Source of the DNA: Candidatus Electronema halotolerans
GTDB lineage: Bacteria > Desulfobacterota > Desulfobulbia > Desulfobulbales > Desulfobulbaceae
Reading direction: 5' to 3'
Length of the DNA: 32,000 nucleotides
Assembly (NCBI GenBank): GCA_942493095.1
Contig: OW818675.1
Span: 1,890,001 to 1,922,000, forward strand
Program-made: the position numbers and the translations under genes
The notes under the pieces: generated by a model
Databases searched by the model: none
What the model was told of the DNA's origin: nothing
Seen by the model: only the letters and a program-made list of their open reading frames with translations
Shown here: piece by piece, positions 8,396 through 17,154 of the stretch
How the letters are laid out: each line of letters begins with the position of its first letter
Position numbering within the stretch: the first letter of the stretch is position 1

Positions 8396-9289
8396 ATGCA
8401 ACAAATCCGCAAAGCTGTCATTCCTGTGGCCGGTCTCGGCACCCGCTTTCTGCCCGCGACCAAGGCCATTCCCAAAGAAATGCTGACCATCATTGACCGG
8501 CCCACGATTCAGTACATTGTTGAAGAGGTGGTGGCCTCCGGCATTGAAGAGGTCATTTTGATCACCTCTGACGGCAAGTCAGCGATTGAAAAGCATTTTG
8601 ACTACGACTACGAGCTGGACAATGTCCTGAAGGAAAAGAACAAGCACCAGCTGCGGGATGAGCTGGCTCATATTTCTGACCTCATTGATGTGGTCTCGGT
8701 GCGGCAGAAAAAGCCGCTCGGCTTGGGCCACGCTATATGGATGGCCCGCAAGGTGGTGGGCAACGAGCCGTTCTTAGTCCTGCTCGGCGATGACCTTGTC
8801 CGCAGCGAAACACCCTGCTGCCGCCAGATGCTCGACCTTTATGAACAAGTCGGCGAATCCATTGTCGCCATTCAGCGGGTGCCAATGGAGCAGACTTGCA
8901 ATTACGGCATTGTTGAAGGCGAGGAAACCGATCTTGACCGGGCCATTAAGATCAATCGGATGCTGGAGAAACCGTCTCCGGGCATGTCGGATTCTGACAA
9001 GGCCATCATAGGCCGTTATCTGCTGATGCCGGAAATTTTTGAGATTCTCAGCAGCACCAAGCCTGGGCACGGCGGCGAAATCCAGCTCACCGATGCCTTG
9101 CAGACCCTTGCCAACCAGCGGGGCATGTATGCCTACGAATTTGAAGGCCGACGCTACGATGCAGGCGACAAGCTCGGCTATCTGAAAGCCATTGTTGATG
9201 TGGCCATGCACCATCCCACCCTTGGCAAATCCTTCAGGGAGTATCTTCAGACTGTCTCTTCCTGCGAATGCCGCGCCATCCACTCTTGA
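8396..9289 (+). CDS. galU: UTP--glucose-1-phosphate uridylyltransferase
   Basis: AVIPVAGLGTRFLPATKAIPKEMLTIIDRPTIQYIVEEVVASGIEEVILITS, hallmark GalU N-terminus. Confidence 0.96.
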   Translation: MQQIRKAVIPVAGLGTRFLPATKAIPKEMLTIIDRPTIQYIVEEVVASGIEEVILITSDGKSAIEKHFDYDYELDNVLKEKNKHQLRDELAHISDLIDVVSVRQKKPLGLGHAIWMARKVVGNEPFLVLLGDDLVRSETPCCRQMLDLYEQVGESIVAIQRVPMEQTCNYGIVEGEETDLDRAIKINRMLEKPSPGMSDSDKAIIGRYLLMPEIFEILSSTKPGHGGEIQLTDALQTLANQRGMYAYEFEGRRYDAGDKLGYLKAIVDVAMHHPTLGKSFREYLQTVSSCECRAIHS

Positions 9290-9307
9290 GCTGCTGCCGG
9301 AGCAGCC

Positions 9308-11515
9308 ATGAGGCTTTATGAAGTTGCGGTCGCCGCGCCGCTGCCCGGCCCGCTGACCTATTGCCATGCCGAGGCTTTGCCGGTCGGCATCCGGGTGCTG
9401 GCACCGCTCGGCAGCCGCCTTTTGTCCGGGGTGGTGCTGACGGAACTGTCTGAAACAGACGGACAGTTCCTTGGCGAGATCAAGCCAATAGCCAAAGTTC
9501 TTGATCAAGAACCGCTTTTCCCGCCCGCGTTGATTCCCTTTTTCCGCTGGATGGCGGAATATTATCATCATCCCATTGGCGAGGTGCTCCGCACTGCCCT
9601 GCCTGCCACAGCGGCCAAAGCGAAAACCGAGATCGCGGTCCGGCTTTGCTCCCCAAAATCAGAGCAGCCTGCGGCCAAGCTCAAGCCGTCTGAGCTGAAA
9701 ACCTTGGACCTCTTTTATCAGCATAGCGGCGGCAGCCCGGTTCTGCCGCGTCAGGTGCTGACTAAAATTTATAAAGGTGCTGGCCAAGCTCTGCGCGGCT
9801 TGGCTGAGGCAGGCTTGGTCAGCTTGGAGGAGCGGCAGGTCTTGCGTGATCCCTTTGGCGACACACTGCCCTTTTTCGCCCGCCCGGAAACGTTGACCGA
9901 GGAGCAGAAGACAGTTGTGGCTGAACTGTGCCGCGCAGTCGATGCAGACGTATTTCAGCCCTTTCTTCTCCACGGCGTGACAGGCAGCGGCAAGACCGAA
10001 GTCTATCTCCGGGCCACAGAACACTGTCTGGCCCAGAAAAAAAATGTCCTTGTCCTTGTGCCGGAATTAGCCTTGGCTTCCCAGCTTGAGGCTCATTTTT
10101 ACTCCCGTTTTGGCAGCAAATTGGCAGTGCTGCACAGCGGCCTTTCTGAGGGCGAGCGATTTGATCAGTGGCAGCGCGCTCTCCACGGCGCGGCAAGAAT
10201 TGTCGTCGGAGCGCGATCAGCGATTTTTGCCCCCTTTGCCGAGCTGGGCCTGCTGATTGTCGATGAGGAGCATGAACCGGCCTACAAGCAGGACGAACAC
10301 CTGCGCTACAATGGCCGCGACATGGCTGTGCTGCGGGCGCGTTTTGCCGCCTGCCCAGTGCTGCTCGGCTCGGCCACGCCCAGCCTGACCAGCTTTTATC
10401 ATGCCCAGCAGGGCCGGTACAAGCTGCTGACCATGAGCAAGCGGATTGACGGCCAGCTCCTGCCCAAGGTGGAGATTGTTGATCTGAGCAAGGAAAAGCG
10501 GCCTAAGCCGGACTGGTTCTTTTCCGAGCGGCTGACCGCAGCTCTGCGCGACAACTTGGCCCAAGGGCTGCAAAGCCTGCTCTTTGTCAACCGGCGCGGC
10601 TATGCCTCATTCATGCTCTGCCGCGACTGCAAGGCCGTGGTGCGTTGCCGCAATTGCCGCGTCTCCCTGACCTTGCACCGAGGTAGCGGCAGGTTGATCT
10701 GTCATTACTGCGGCTACTCGCTCAAGCCAGTGGCCGCCTGCCCGGAATGCGGTTCCAGCGCAGTGGCTGGGCTGGGGCTTGGCTCGGAACGGGTGGAGGC
10801 GGAAGTGCGGCGGCTTTTTCCTGAAGCGCGAGTGGCCCGTTTAGACAGCGACACAGCTGGCAGCCGCAAGGACTATCTGGCCCTGCTTCAGCAGGTGCGT
10901 GAGCAGCAGATTGATATTCTGGTAGGAACGCAAATGGTGGCCAAGGGGCTGCATTTTCCCAAGATGACCTTGGTCGGCGTGGTCTGGGCGGACAGCGGCC
11001 TTGCCCTGCCTGACTGCAAGGCTGCGGAACGCTCCTTCCAGCTGCTGGCTCAGGTGACAGGCCGGGCGGGCCGGGGCGAGCATCCGGGCCGGGTGATCAT
11101 CCAGACCCATCAGCCCCAGCATTATGTGGTGGAAGCGGCCCGCGACCATGCTTACGAGAGAATGTGCGGCTTGGAGCTGGAGCTGCGGCAGGTGCTTGGC
11201 TATCCGCCTTTTGGCCGCCTGATCAACATTCGCTTCAGCAGCCAGAATGAAGCGCAGGTGGAGCGGACAGCGCAGGCGGCGGCCGAGCTGCTGCAAGCTG
11301 CCTTGGAGGCGAACAAGCTGGAAGTGGAAATTCTCGGCCCGGCCCCGGCTCCGCTTTCCCTGATCAGAAATCGGTTCCGCTGGCAGCTCTTGCTCAAAGG
11401 CGGGCGGCCAGAACAGCTTCATCAGCTTTGTGAGGTGCTGCTGCAAGAGAAAAAGCGGCTCTGCGGCACAACGGTACGGCTGGGAATTGATGTTGACCCG
11501 GAAAATATGATGTGA
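9308..11515 (+). CDS. priA: Primosomal protein N' (helicase PriA)
   Basis: Walker A LLHGVTGSGKTEVYL, DEEH box, Cys-rich zinc region CRDCKAVVRCRNC...CHYCGYSLKPVAACPECG, TQMVAKGLHFPKMTLVGV, QVTGRAGR. Confidence 0.96.
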   Translation: MRLYEVAVAAPLPGPLTYCHAEALPVGIRVLAPLGSRLLSGVVLTELSETDGQFLGEIKPIAKVLDQEPLFPPALIPFFRWMAEYYHHPIGEVLRTALPATAAKAKTEIAVRLCSPKSEQPAAKLKPSELKTLDLFYQHSGGSPVLPRQVLTKIYKGAGQALRGLAEAGLVSLEERQVLRDPFGDTLPFFARPETLTEEQKTVVAELCRAVDADVFQPFLLHGVTGSGKTEVYLRATEHCLAQKKNVLVLVPELALASQLEAHFYSRFGSKLAVLHSGLSEGERFDQWQRALHGAARIVVGARSAIFAPFAELGLLIVDEEHEPAYKQDEHLRYNGRDMAVLRARFAACPVLLGSATPSLTSFYHAQQGRYKLLTMSKRIDGQLLPKVEIVDLSKEKRPKPDWFFSERLTAALRDNLAQGLQSLLFVNRRGYASFMLCRDCKAVVRCRNCRVSLTLHRGSGRLICHYCGYSLKPVAACPECGSSAVAGLGLGSERVEAEVRRLFPEARVARLDSDTAGSRKDYLALLQQVREQQIDILVGTQMVAKGLHFPKMTLVGVVWADSGLALPDCKAAERSFQLLAQVTGRAGRGEHPGRVIIQTHQPQHYVVEAARDHAYERMCGLELELRQVLGYPPFGRLINIRFSSQNEAQVERTAQAAAELLQAALEANKLEVEILGPAPAPLSLIRNRFRWQLLLKGGRPEQLHQLCEVLLQEKKRLCGTTVRLGIDVDPENMM

Positions 11516-11521
11516 GCAAAG

Positions 11522-11552
11522 CGAGGGCAGATACGCAGCGTACCTGCCCTCG
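11522..11552. terminator. Stem-loop between priA and the minus-strand GATase-like gene (convergent 3' ends)
   Basis: cgagggcag-a-tacg-cag-cgta-c-ctgccctcg; 9+4 bp arms with one mismatch; no clear U-tract, so terminator function is uncertain. Confidence 0.5.
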
Positions 11553-11578
11553 GTGAAAGTTGAAAGAGGGGTGAGAGA

Positions 11579-13072
11579 TTACTTCTCCGGTGTTACGCTG
11601 GCTGCGACCGCTTCAGCCATTTTTGCCCGCATTTCCTCAGCAGGGGGCATTTCCTTTTCCTTGCCCATATCAACCAGACTCATTGCCAGCGCGCCGATTG
11701 CCGCATTTTCATCCCCGGCTTTCCGCGATGATTTGTCTCTGCCGCCCATTGCCATAACATCTTCCATCAGCTCGTTGACTTGGAATGGCATCAGTCTGGA
11801 TTTCAGCACATTTATGATCTGGCTGCCGACCTCAGCGGCAACTCCTGCGCTGCGGTTTTCCGGTGCGGGGATGTTCAGTTCCTCAATCAGCGGAAAAGAC
11901 ATCATCGCTTCGGCAATGCGACCGATTGAAGCGCAGTTACGGCGATCTTGCGGCATCAGCCATTCAGCGAGGTTGCGCCAGTGCTGGCGGAGACGCATCA
12001 TCACCGGTGAATCATCAGCACCATTTCCTCTCAATCCATATCTTGGAGCACCATCACCATCTGGTCGCGGGCGGGCACCTGTTCCGTCAATATTGATGTC
12101 AAGAAAATGGTGCCAAGTCGCATCTGTCACCACTCTGCCAACTCCGGCCCGATGGCCATCATAAGCGGCAATAGCAATAAATTCTCGTGGAATCGGAGTA
12201 GCTTTGGGTATGTCATTAGGATTTCCAGGAACTTCCCCAGGGGCCAAGGGAAAGAAAAGAGGCCCTCCCTCAGACATGGATTTGGCAACAATCTCTGGTG
12301 AAACTGGGGTATTACCACTAATCTCGGGTGGCCATTCTCGTTTTTCCTCTCCGTCAAGATCGAAGAAGGTTTCCAGATTTTCTGGAATTATACACTCTCC
12401 TTCATGCGGATGATCTGGAATATGTACTATTGCCCGGCCATCTTGAGCTTGCATTAACGGATGAGGATTTCCTGCCCCCCCAGCTACAGTATCTCTATTC
12501 AGAAAGAGTCGCTGTGGATGAATATCTGATTCATCTGCAAATTCATACATTACATCGTCACCAGACAGCATAGTGGAAAGGCGATCAGGGCCACTTTGAC
12601 TTGGCACACCTTGGTCGAATGTCCACTTTCGCATACTGCGCACTCGTGGAATATCTTTGGCTGTTCGCGCTCCAAGGTCTTCATGGTCTCCTGTGGCAAA
12701 CACTCCGCCTCCTTCTTCCATGAATTTTTTGATTGCTGTAAGTTCACTGTCTTCAAGGATAGGTACGCCAAATCTCCCACGTGCCTCATCATCAAATGTA
12801 AAAATAAAGCAGACATCGTATCTTGATCTGCTTAACCCATTGCTTACATCATCGAATTTGAAATCCAGCAAGGTTCCAGCAGGTTCGTTATTTGGCCCCA
12901 GAATATTTGCTCGTGTCACCTCCATGCCTGCGCCCAAGAGTGTATCGACAAACTGTGAAAGAGAAAAGCCTTGAAATACTGCATTCTCTTTACTAAACCA
13001 CATATCCGTAACCACAAGCACACGCGGTGTGCAGCCATCGGCAAAAGCATTGATAATGTCTGGGTTAATCAT
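11579..13072 (-). CDS. Uncharacterised protein of about 497 aa with an N-terminal GATase/flavodoxin-like Rossmann pattern
   Basis: MINPDIINAFADGCTPRVLVVTDMWF...FMEEGGGVFATGDHEDLGARTAKDIPRVRSMRKW; start at 13072 supported by aaaaaaggagatagcacc on the minus strand; supplied ORF extends to 13099. Confidence 0.75.
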   Translation of the reverse strand: MINPDIINAFADGCTPRVLVVTDMWFSKENAVFQGFSLSQFVDTLLGAGMEVTRANILGPNNEPAGTLLDFKFDDVSNGLSRSRYDVCFIFTFDDEARGRFGVPILEDSELTAIKKFMEEGGGVFATGDHEDLGARTAKDIPRVRSMRKWTFDQGVPSQSGPDRLSTMLSGDDVMYEFADESDIHPQRLFLNRDTVAGGAGNPHPLMQAQDGRAIVHIPDHPHEGECIIPENLETFFDLDGEEKREWPPEISGNTPVSPEIVAKSMSEGGPLFFPLAPGEVPGNPNDIPKATPIPREFIAIAAYDGHRAGVGRVVTDATWHHFLDINIDGTGARPRPDGDGAPRYGLRGNGADDSPVMMRLRQHWRNLAEWLMPQDRRNCASIGRIAEAMMSFPLIEELNIPAPENRSAGVAAEVGSQIINVLKSRLMPFQVNELMEDVMAMGGRDKSSRKAGDENAAIGALAMSLVDMGKEKEMPPAEEMRAKMAEAVAASVTPEK

Positions 13073-13108
13073 GGTGCTATCTCCTTTTTTTAACAGCATT
13101 GGATAGTT

Positions 13109-13132
13109 CGGCGTTATTTTTCCGTAACGCCG
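13109..13132. repeat. Stem-loop in spacer upstream of the GATase-like gene
   Basis: cggcgtta-tttttccg-taacgccg, perfect 8-bp arms. Confidence 0.7.
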
Positions 13133-13204
13133 TGTTTAAAGAAGCTGGACAACCTTTGCCCGGCTTTTTCTTCTGATCATGCAACGTGGTTCAGCAACCT
13201 GTTG

Positions 13205-13630
13205 CTAACCAAACCAGATACTTACAATGACTCTTTGGTCATCTGTTATGATGTTCACTCTATTGGGTATGCTGTCCGCAGTAATAGGATCGCCGGTTTT
13301 ATAGACTCGCAAAGGTCGGCCAACCAACTCCTGTATCTGCACAGGCTGAGTATTCGGAATACTCTCTCCGTCACAGGGTTCAAAGCCTTGCCTGCCTCTG
13401 ATGCCGTCATTCAAAAAATGCCACCCATCTTCAGTGATTTCATAAGCATTCATATTGCCAGTCGGCGCGCCGCAGACAGCAGCCACGATATGTGACTGCT
13501 TTTCCATTTGTATGATGTTGCTGTCACCAATCAATTCAGCAAGCTCACGCCGCATTTCCTCCAAGGTGATTTCCCGTGCGGCCTCGCATTGAATCGTTCC
13601 GTCCTGCTTGCATACCCAAATATTGTTCAT
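13205..13630 (-). CDS. Small protein with inhibitor-I78-like C-terminal segment
   Basis: C-terminus VGRPLRVYKTGDPITADSIPNRVNIITDDQRVIVSIWFG fits the I78 pattern (lR...GD..T.D..p.R.N...D..g.I....G); aggagg-type RBS upstream. Confidence 0.6.
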   Translation of the reverse strand: MNNIWVCKQDGTIQCEAAREITLEEMRRELAELIGDSNIIQMEKQSHIVAAVCGAPTGNMNAYEITEDGWHFLNDGIRGRQGFEPCDGESIPNTQPVQIQELVGRPLRVYKTGDPITADSIPNRVNIITDDQRVIVSIWFG

Positions 13631-13653
13631 AGAGTTATTCCTCCTTGTTTTTC

Positions 13654-13691
13654 AAAAAAAGCTCTCCTGCGATCAGATGTTGCAGGAGAGC
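13654..13691 (-). terminator. Intrinsic terminator/attenuator on the minus strand after the second barrel gene
   Basis: Minus strand gctctcctgc-aacatctgatc-gcaggagagc followed by ttttttt; 10-bp perfect stem and U-tract. Confidence 0.85.
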
Positions 13692-13716
13692 GGAGAGATA
13701 TAGTCAGGTTATTGCA

Positions 13717-14736
13717 TCAAACCTTCTCAAGTGTGTTGATGCTGATATGCGGCCAGCGGACAAGCCCTGGATGGCCGTCTTCACGCGGCATGAAGTCAAG
13801 GATGACAATCTGCAAGTATTGCAGGATCATTTTGTCAACTCCATGATCATCAATCCGCATGATCCAGAAGGTTGATTTCATCGAAGCGGCATTGGCCTGT
13901 TTGACGATAAAGGGGATATTGTTGATTCCTCCTGTCTCCACTGTGCTGTCCACTTTCAGAACGGCTGTTGTTTCGAGAATATTGATGCCAGCTACATCCC
14001 ACTGATCCCTTACTTTTTGCAGGAGCCTTTGCGGGTTGATCGGATCAAATCCATGAAAATGGCAGTCCGCAAAGTGTTTGTACGGTGCCAAGTAAGGATC
14101 ATTCAGGTCACGGGTATCTCCAACAGGCAGCCCACTCTTTAACAGCTTCGGTATTTCAACATCATCAGGAACGAACCCGCTTCTTCCCAAAGCCAGCACA
14201 GCATCCCCATGAGGAATTGTGGCCAGCCGGGCGAGGTCGATTTCGTTTAACCTTTCATCAACCATGTGCAGCCAGAGTCCCGGTTCACGATGAATGACCT
14301 TGCCATCAAAATCACCTGCATTTTCATCTTTTGGGAAATCTTCAGCAGAAATCTGGGTTATCATCTGCTGATAGTCAAGGGCAACCACCCTCTGGTCAAA
14401 ATCTGGGCCTGCTGCTGCGATGCCGATGTTGTCCAGATGTTTTCCTCGATTTGGCACCCCCTTGTCCACCAAATCAAATTTAAGCTCTTCGTTATACTGA
14501 TTCACAAGCAGCCGATAGTCAATCTGCTCTCCATCTGACATTTCAATCTGCTTTCCATCTGACATTGCATCTTGAAAAGGGAGAGCAATCATATTGAACC
14601 CTTGTCCTTCAAAGTTTGGTGTGTTGCACCAAACACCAGGCAAGTCTTTCAACGGGCCGAGATCAGAATCACCTGATACAGCTCTGGAAAGAGTTCTGCC
14701 GTTCGCTTTCAGCGTGTGAAACAATTCATTAGCCAT
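13717..14736 (-). CDS. Lipocalin/nitrobindin-like beta-barrel candidate, paralog 2
   Basis: DLGPLKDLPGVWCNTPNFEGQGFNMIALPF, N-terminal motif of barrel-type putative heme/ligand binding proteins; strongly similar to the 14863..15861 product. Confidence 0.6.
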   Translation of the reverse strand: MANELFHTLKANGRTLSRAVSGDSDLGPLKDLPGVWCNTPNFEGQGFNMIALPFQDAMSDGKQIEMSDGEQIDYRLLVNQYNEELKFDLVDKGVPNRGKHLDNIGIAAAGPDFDQRVVALDYQQMITQISAEDFPKDENAGDFDGKVIHREPGLWLHMVDERLNEIDLARLATIPHGDAVLALGRSGFVPDDVEIPKLLKSGLPVGDTRDLNDPYLAPYKHFADCHFHGFDPINPQRLLQKVRDQWDVAGINILETTAVLKVDSTVETGGINNIPFIVKQANAASMKSTFWIMRIDDHGVDKMILQYLQIVILDFMPREDGHPGLVRWPHISINTLEKV

Positions 14737-14814
14737 TGTTCATTTCCTTTTTTCAGGTTATTATGAATGAATTTAAAGCAATAGAATGAGAGTGGTTGCG
14801 ATAAAACAAGTCAA

Positions 14815-14839
14815 CATGAGCGCAATTTCTGCGCTCATG
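14815..14839. repeat. Stem-loop between the two barrel genes
   Basis: catgagcgca-atttc-tgcgctcatg, perfect 10-bp arms. Confidence 0.75.
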
Positions 14840-14862
14840 ATTTGCAAGGGAACCCGTAGAGA

Positions 14863-15861
14863 TCAGCTATCGACCTTCTCCAGCGTATTGATGCTCACAT
14901 GCGGCCAGCGGATAATGCCAGGCAGTCCGTCCTCACGGGCAAGGAAGTCAAGCAGGACAACTTGCGCATATTGCAGACGGAATCTGATTGAACCATCTGT
15001 CTCTTGAATTTCCTGAATCCAAAAGGTTGACTTCATCGAAGCAGCATTTGCCTGCTTCACAATAAAGGGAAGATTGACAATGCCTCCGGTTTCCGCAGTG
15101 CTGTCAACCTCCAGCACGGTTGTCCTGATAATATTTACATCTTTATTTGCTTCCTTCAGCAGCTTATGCGGATTGACCGGATCGAAACGTCCCTGAAATG
15201 GATTCTCGTGAAAATGCCTGTATGGCTCCATGTAGGAATCAGTGAGCGGCATCGGATATCCGATCGGCAGGCCATTAATCGCCTCGATCCTCGGCGGGCC
15301 GCTATGCACAGCACTTTTTCCCACAGCCAGCACAGAATCACCGTGGGGAATAGTGGCCAGTCTGGCAATATCGAAACTGTTTGTCCGTTCGTTCAACATA
15401 TGCAGCAAAAGTCCTGGCTCATGATGAATCGCAAGGCCGGGGCCGCCTGCCTTTCCGCTCTGTGGAAAATCATCTGCCGCAATTTGATGGATGACCTGCT
15501 CATAATCAATCGTCACAACAAATTGATCTGAATCCTCGAACGTATCTTCATGATGCGGGAATATCTGCGGATCAGGCACATTCTGCTGTGTCCGCTTTAT
15601 GCCCCGGTTAGGCACTCCTTTGTCCACCAAGGTGAACTTCAGCGTTTCGTTGTACCGATTTATCAGCAGCCGATAGTTCAGTCGTGCAAAGGCGAACGGG
15701 AGGGCGATCATGTTCCAGCCGTGTCCTTCAAGATTCGGCTCGTTTTTCCATGTGCCGGGCAGATGTTGCAACGGACCAAGAAGTTCCTGATCTCCTGCTG
15801 TTGCGGTGCTGATTTTCCGTCCTTCAGTCTGAATTCTTGCAAGTTGCTCTTGGATTGACAT
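14863..15861 (-). CDS. Lipocalin/nitrobindin-like beta-barrel candidate, paralog 1
   Basis: ELLGPLQHLPGTWKNEPNLEGHGWNMIALPF; shares LVDKGVPNRG, PFIVKQANAASMKSTFWI and RWPHVSINTLEKV with its neighbour; minus-strand aaaggagg RBS. Confidence 0.6.
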   Translation of the reverse strand: MSIQEQLARIQTEGRKISTATAGDQELLGPLQHLPGTWKNEPNLEGHGWNMIALPFAFARLNYRLLINRYNETLKFTLVDKGVPNRGIKRTQQNVPDPQIFPHHEDTFEDSDQFVVTIDYEQVIHQIAADDFPQSGKAGGPGLAIHHEPGLLLHMLNERTNSFDIARLATIPHGDSVLAVGKSAVHSGPPRIEAINGLPIGYPMPLTDSYMEPYRHFHENPFQGRFDPVNPHKLLKEANKDVNIIRTTVLEVDSTAETGGIVNLPFIVKQANAASMKSTFWIQEIQETDGSIRFRLQYAQVVLLDFLAREDGLPGIIRWPHVSINTLEKVDS

Positions 15862-15917
15862 CTATTCCTCCTTTGGAAATGTTTAAGACAGCTCGCTTGC
15901 GAGCAGATTGGAAAATT

Positions 15918-15946
15918 TCCTTGATCAAGCGGTGAGCGATCAAGGA
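15918..15946. repeat. Stem-loop between ferritin-like and barrel paralog 1 genes
   Basis: tccttgatc-aagcggtgagc-gatcaagga, perfect 9-bp arms. Confidence 0.7.
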
Positions 15947-15959
15947 GAGAGAAATCCAT

Positions 15960-16952
15960 TCAGATATCAATATAAAACCACGTTGGAATGACTCCAGCCT
16001 GCCAGCATGCCCGTGCGTAACGGGCTGCGTCCCTCATGGTGTCGATTGCTGTTCTCCACAAACTCTCTGGTGAAATAGGGCTGCCTGGATTCAAAGTCCA
16101 AAGCGGATTGAGCGATCCCATCATTGCCATGAATTTGCCTTGCAAGGCATCATTGGCCGGATACTTCGGATTGCGTTGGCCTGTGTACACATCAGGAAAA
16201 CCTGTCTGCTGGATATGGAGAAGACGGCCAAAATGGGAATATTGTTTTAACATCACCTCTTGGTAAGGTGCGCTATGCGCTCCAGCAGGCGCACGGTTGT
16301 CCATCTGATATTGCGATTCAACTGGAAAGTCTGAAGGTTTGTAGGGCTTCTGAATGGGTGAGGTCATACGACGGCCCTCGCCCTGCTCTTCAATGGCTGT
16401 AACAGCTTCTTTTGCGTCACCAATGTTGCAGATGATCTGCGGATATTCCTGCTGAATCCACCGCGCCTGCTGATTTCTGCTGGTCCAGCTAAACTGACTT
16501 GCCCCGACGCTTTGAATGCCGCAGATCAGAGCATGGTACATTTCACCGATGGAGCTGTAAGGAAAAGTCGGCGTGTTGTTGCCGTCTGGTGTTGGATCAT
16601 TTGGCCCCAATGTGTGCTCTGGGGTCTCAATAGCCAGCATTGTATTGAGTGTCTCAGCATTGAGCGGCCCCATTTTAGCATTGAGAACTGTTCCTGGCTT
16701 TAAGTACGGTATGTTTGTTCCATAAGCAGGAAACTGAAAGTTTGGAGTCGTATCAAGCGCAAGACAAAGGTTGGCTGCCAGTTGCAGGTGCATCATTTCC
16801 TCAATGAGGATTCCGTGCAAAATTTTGTACGCGTCACAATTCTCATCCTTGATGGAGGTCATTACGGTAGTGTAGAACGGAATAGTGTACAGTTCAATCG
16901 CCGCTGCCACCTGTGCATGTTTCTGAACCAGTTCCTTTGTCCAAGCTGTCAT
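15960..16952 (-). CDS. Stand-alone ferritin-like protein related to the ferritin-like domain of VioB/RebD (iminophenyl-pyruvate dimer synthase type)
   Basis: HAQVAAAIELYTIPFYTTVMTSI...ILIEEMMHLQLAANLCLAL with E...EEMMH carboxylate/His spacing, followed by SSIGEMYHAL; RBS aaaaggaga upstream on the minus strand. Confidence 0.8.
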   Translation of the reverse strand: MTAWTKELVQKHAQVAAAIELYTIPFYTTVMTSIKDENCDAYKILHGILIEEMMHLQLAANLCLALDTTPNFQFPAYGTNIPYLKPGTVLNAKMGPLNAETLNTMLAIETPEHTLGPNDPTPDGNNTPTFPYSSIGEMYHALICGIQSVGASQFSWTSRNQQARWIQQEYPQIICNIGDAKEAVTAIEEQGEGRRMTSPIQKPYKPSDFPVESQYQMDNRAPAGAHSAPYQEVMLKQYSHFGRLLHIQQTGFPDVYTGQRNPKYPANDALQGKFMAMMGSLNPLWTLNPGSPISPESLWRTAIDTMRDAARYARACWQAGVIPTWFYIDI

Positions 16953-16976
16953 CGCAATCTCCTTTTCTTACAGAAT

Positions 16977-16992
16977 GTATAAATATTTATAC
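16977..16992. promoter_or_regulatory. Perfect AT-rich palindrome upstream of the cluster, candidate operator or promoter element
   Basis: gtataaatatttatac, 16-bp perfect palindrome 24 bp upstream of the ferritin-like start. Confidence 0.45.
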
Positions 16993-17154
16993 TAACTTTG
17001 ACATCCCTCTGGAAAAATATGCCATAGTTAATTTGTAAGTGAAGAAGCATGAAAAGTCAAATTATTTTTTACCACGCTGTGGTTTTTCTTGCAACTTTTC
17101 GGGATGATAAGAAAACTATTTTCAGACCGAACGTCAGCCAGTTCTGAAACAAAA

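Noticed and set aside
11522-15946. Integron-like cassette array (attC sites) as explanation for the per-gene hairpins
   Set aside because: The hairpins share no sequence or attC core motifs and no integrase is present; terminator or processing elements are simpler.
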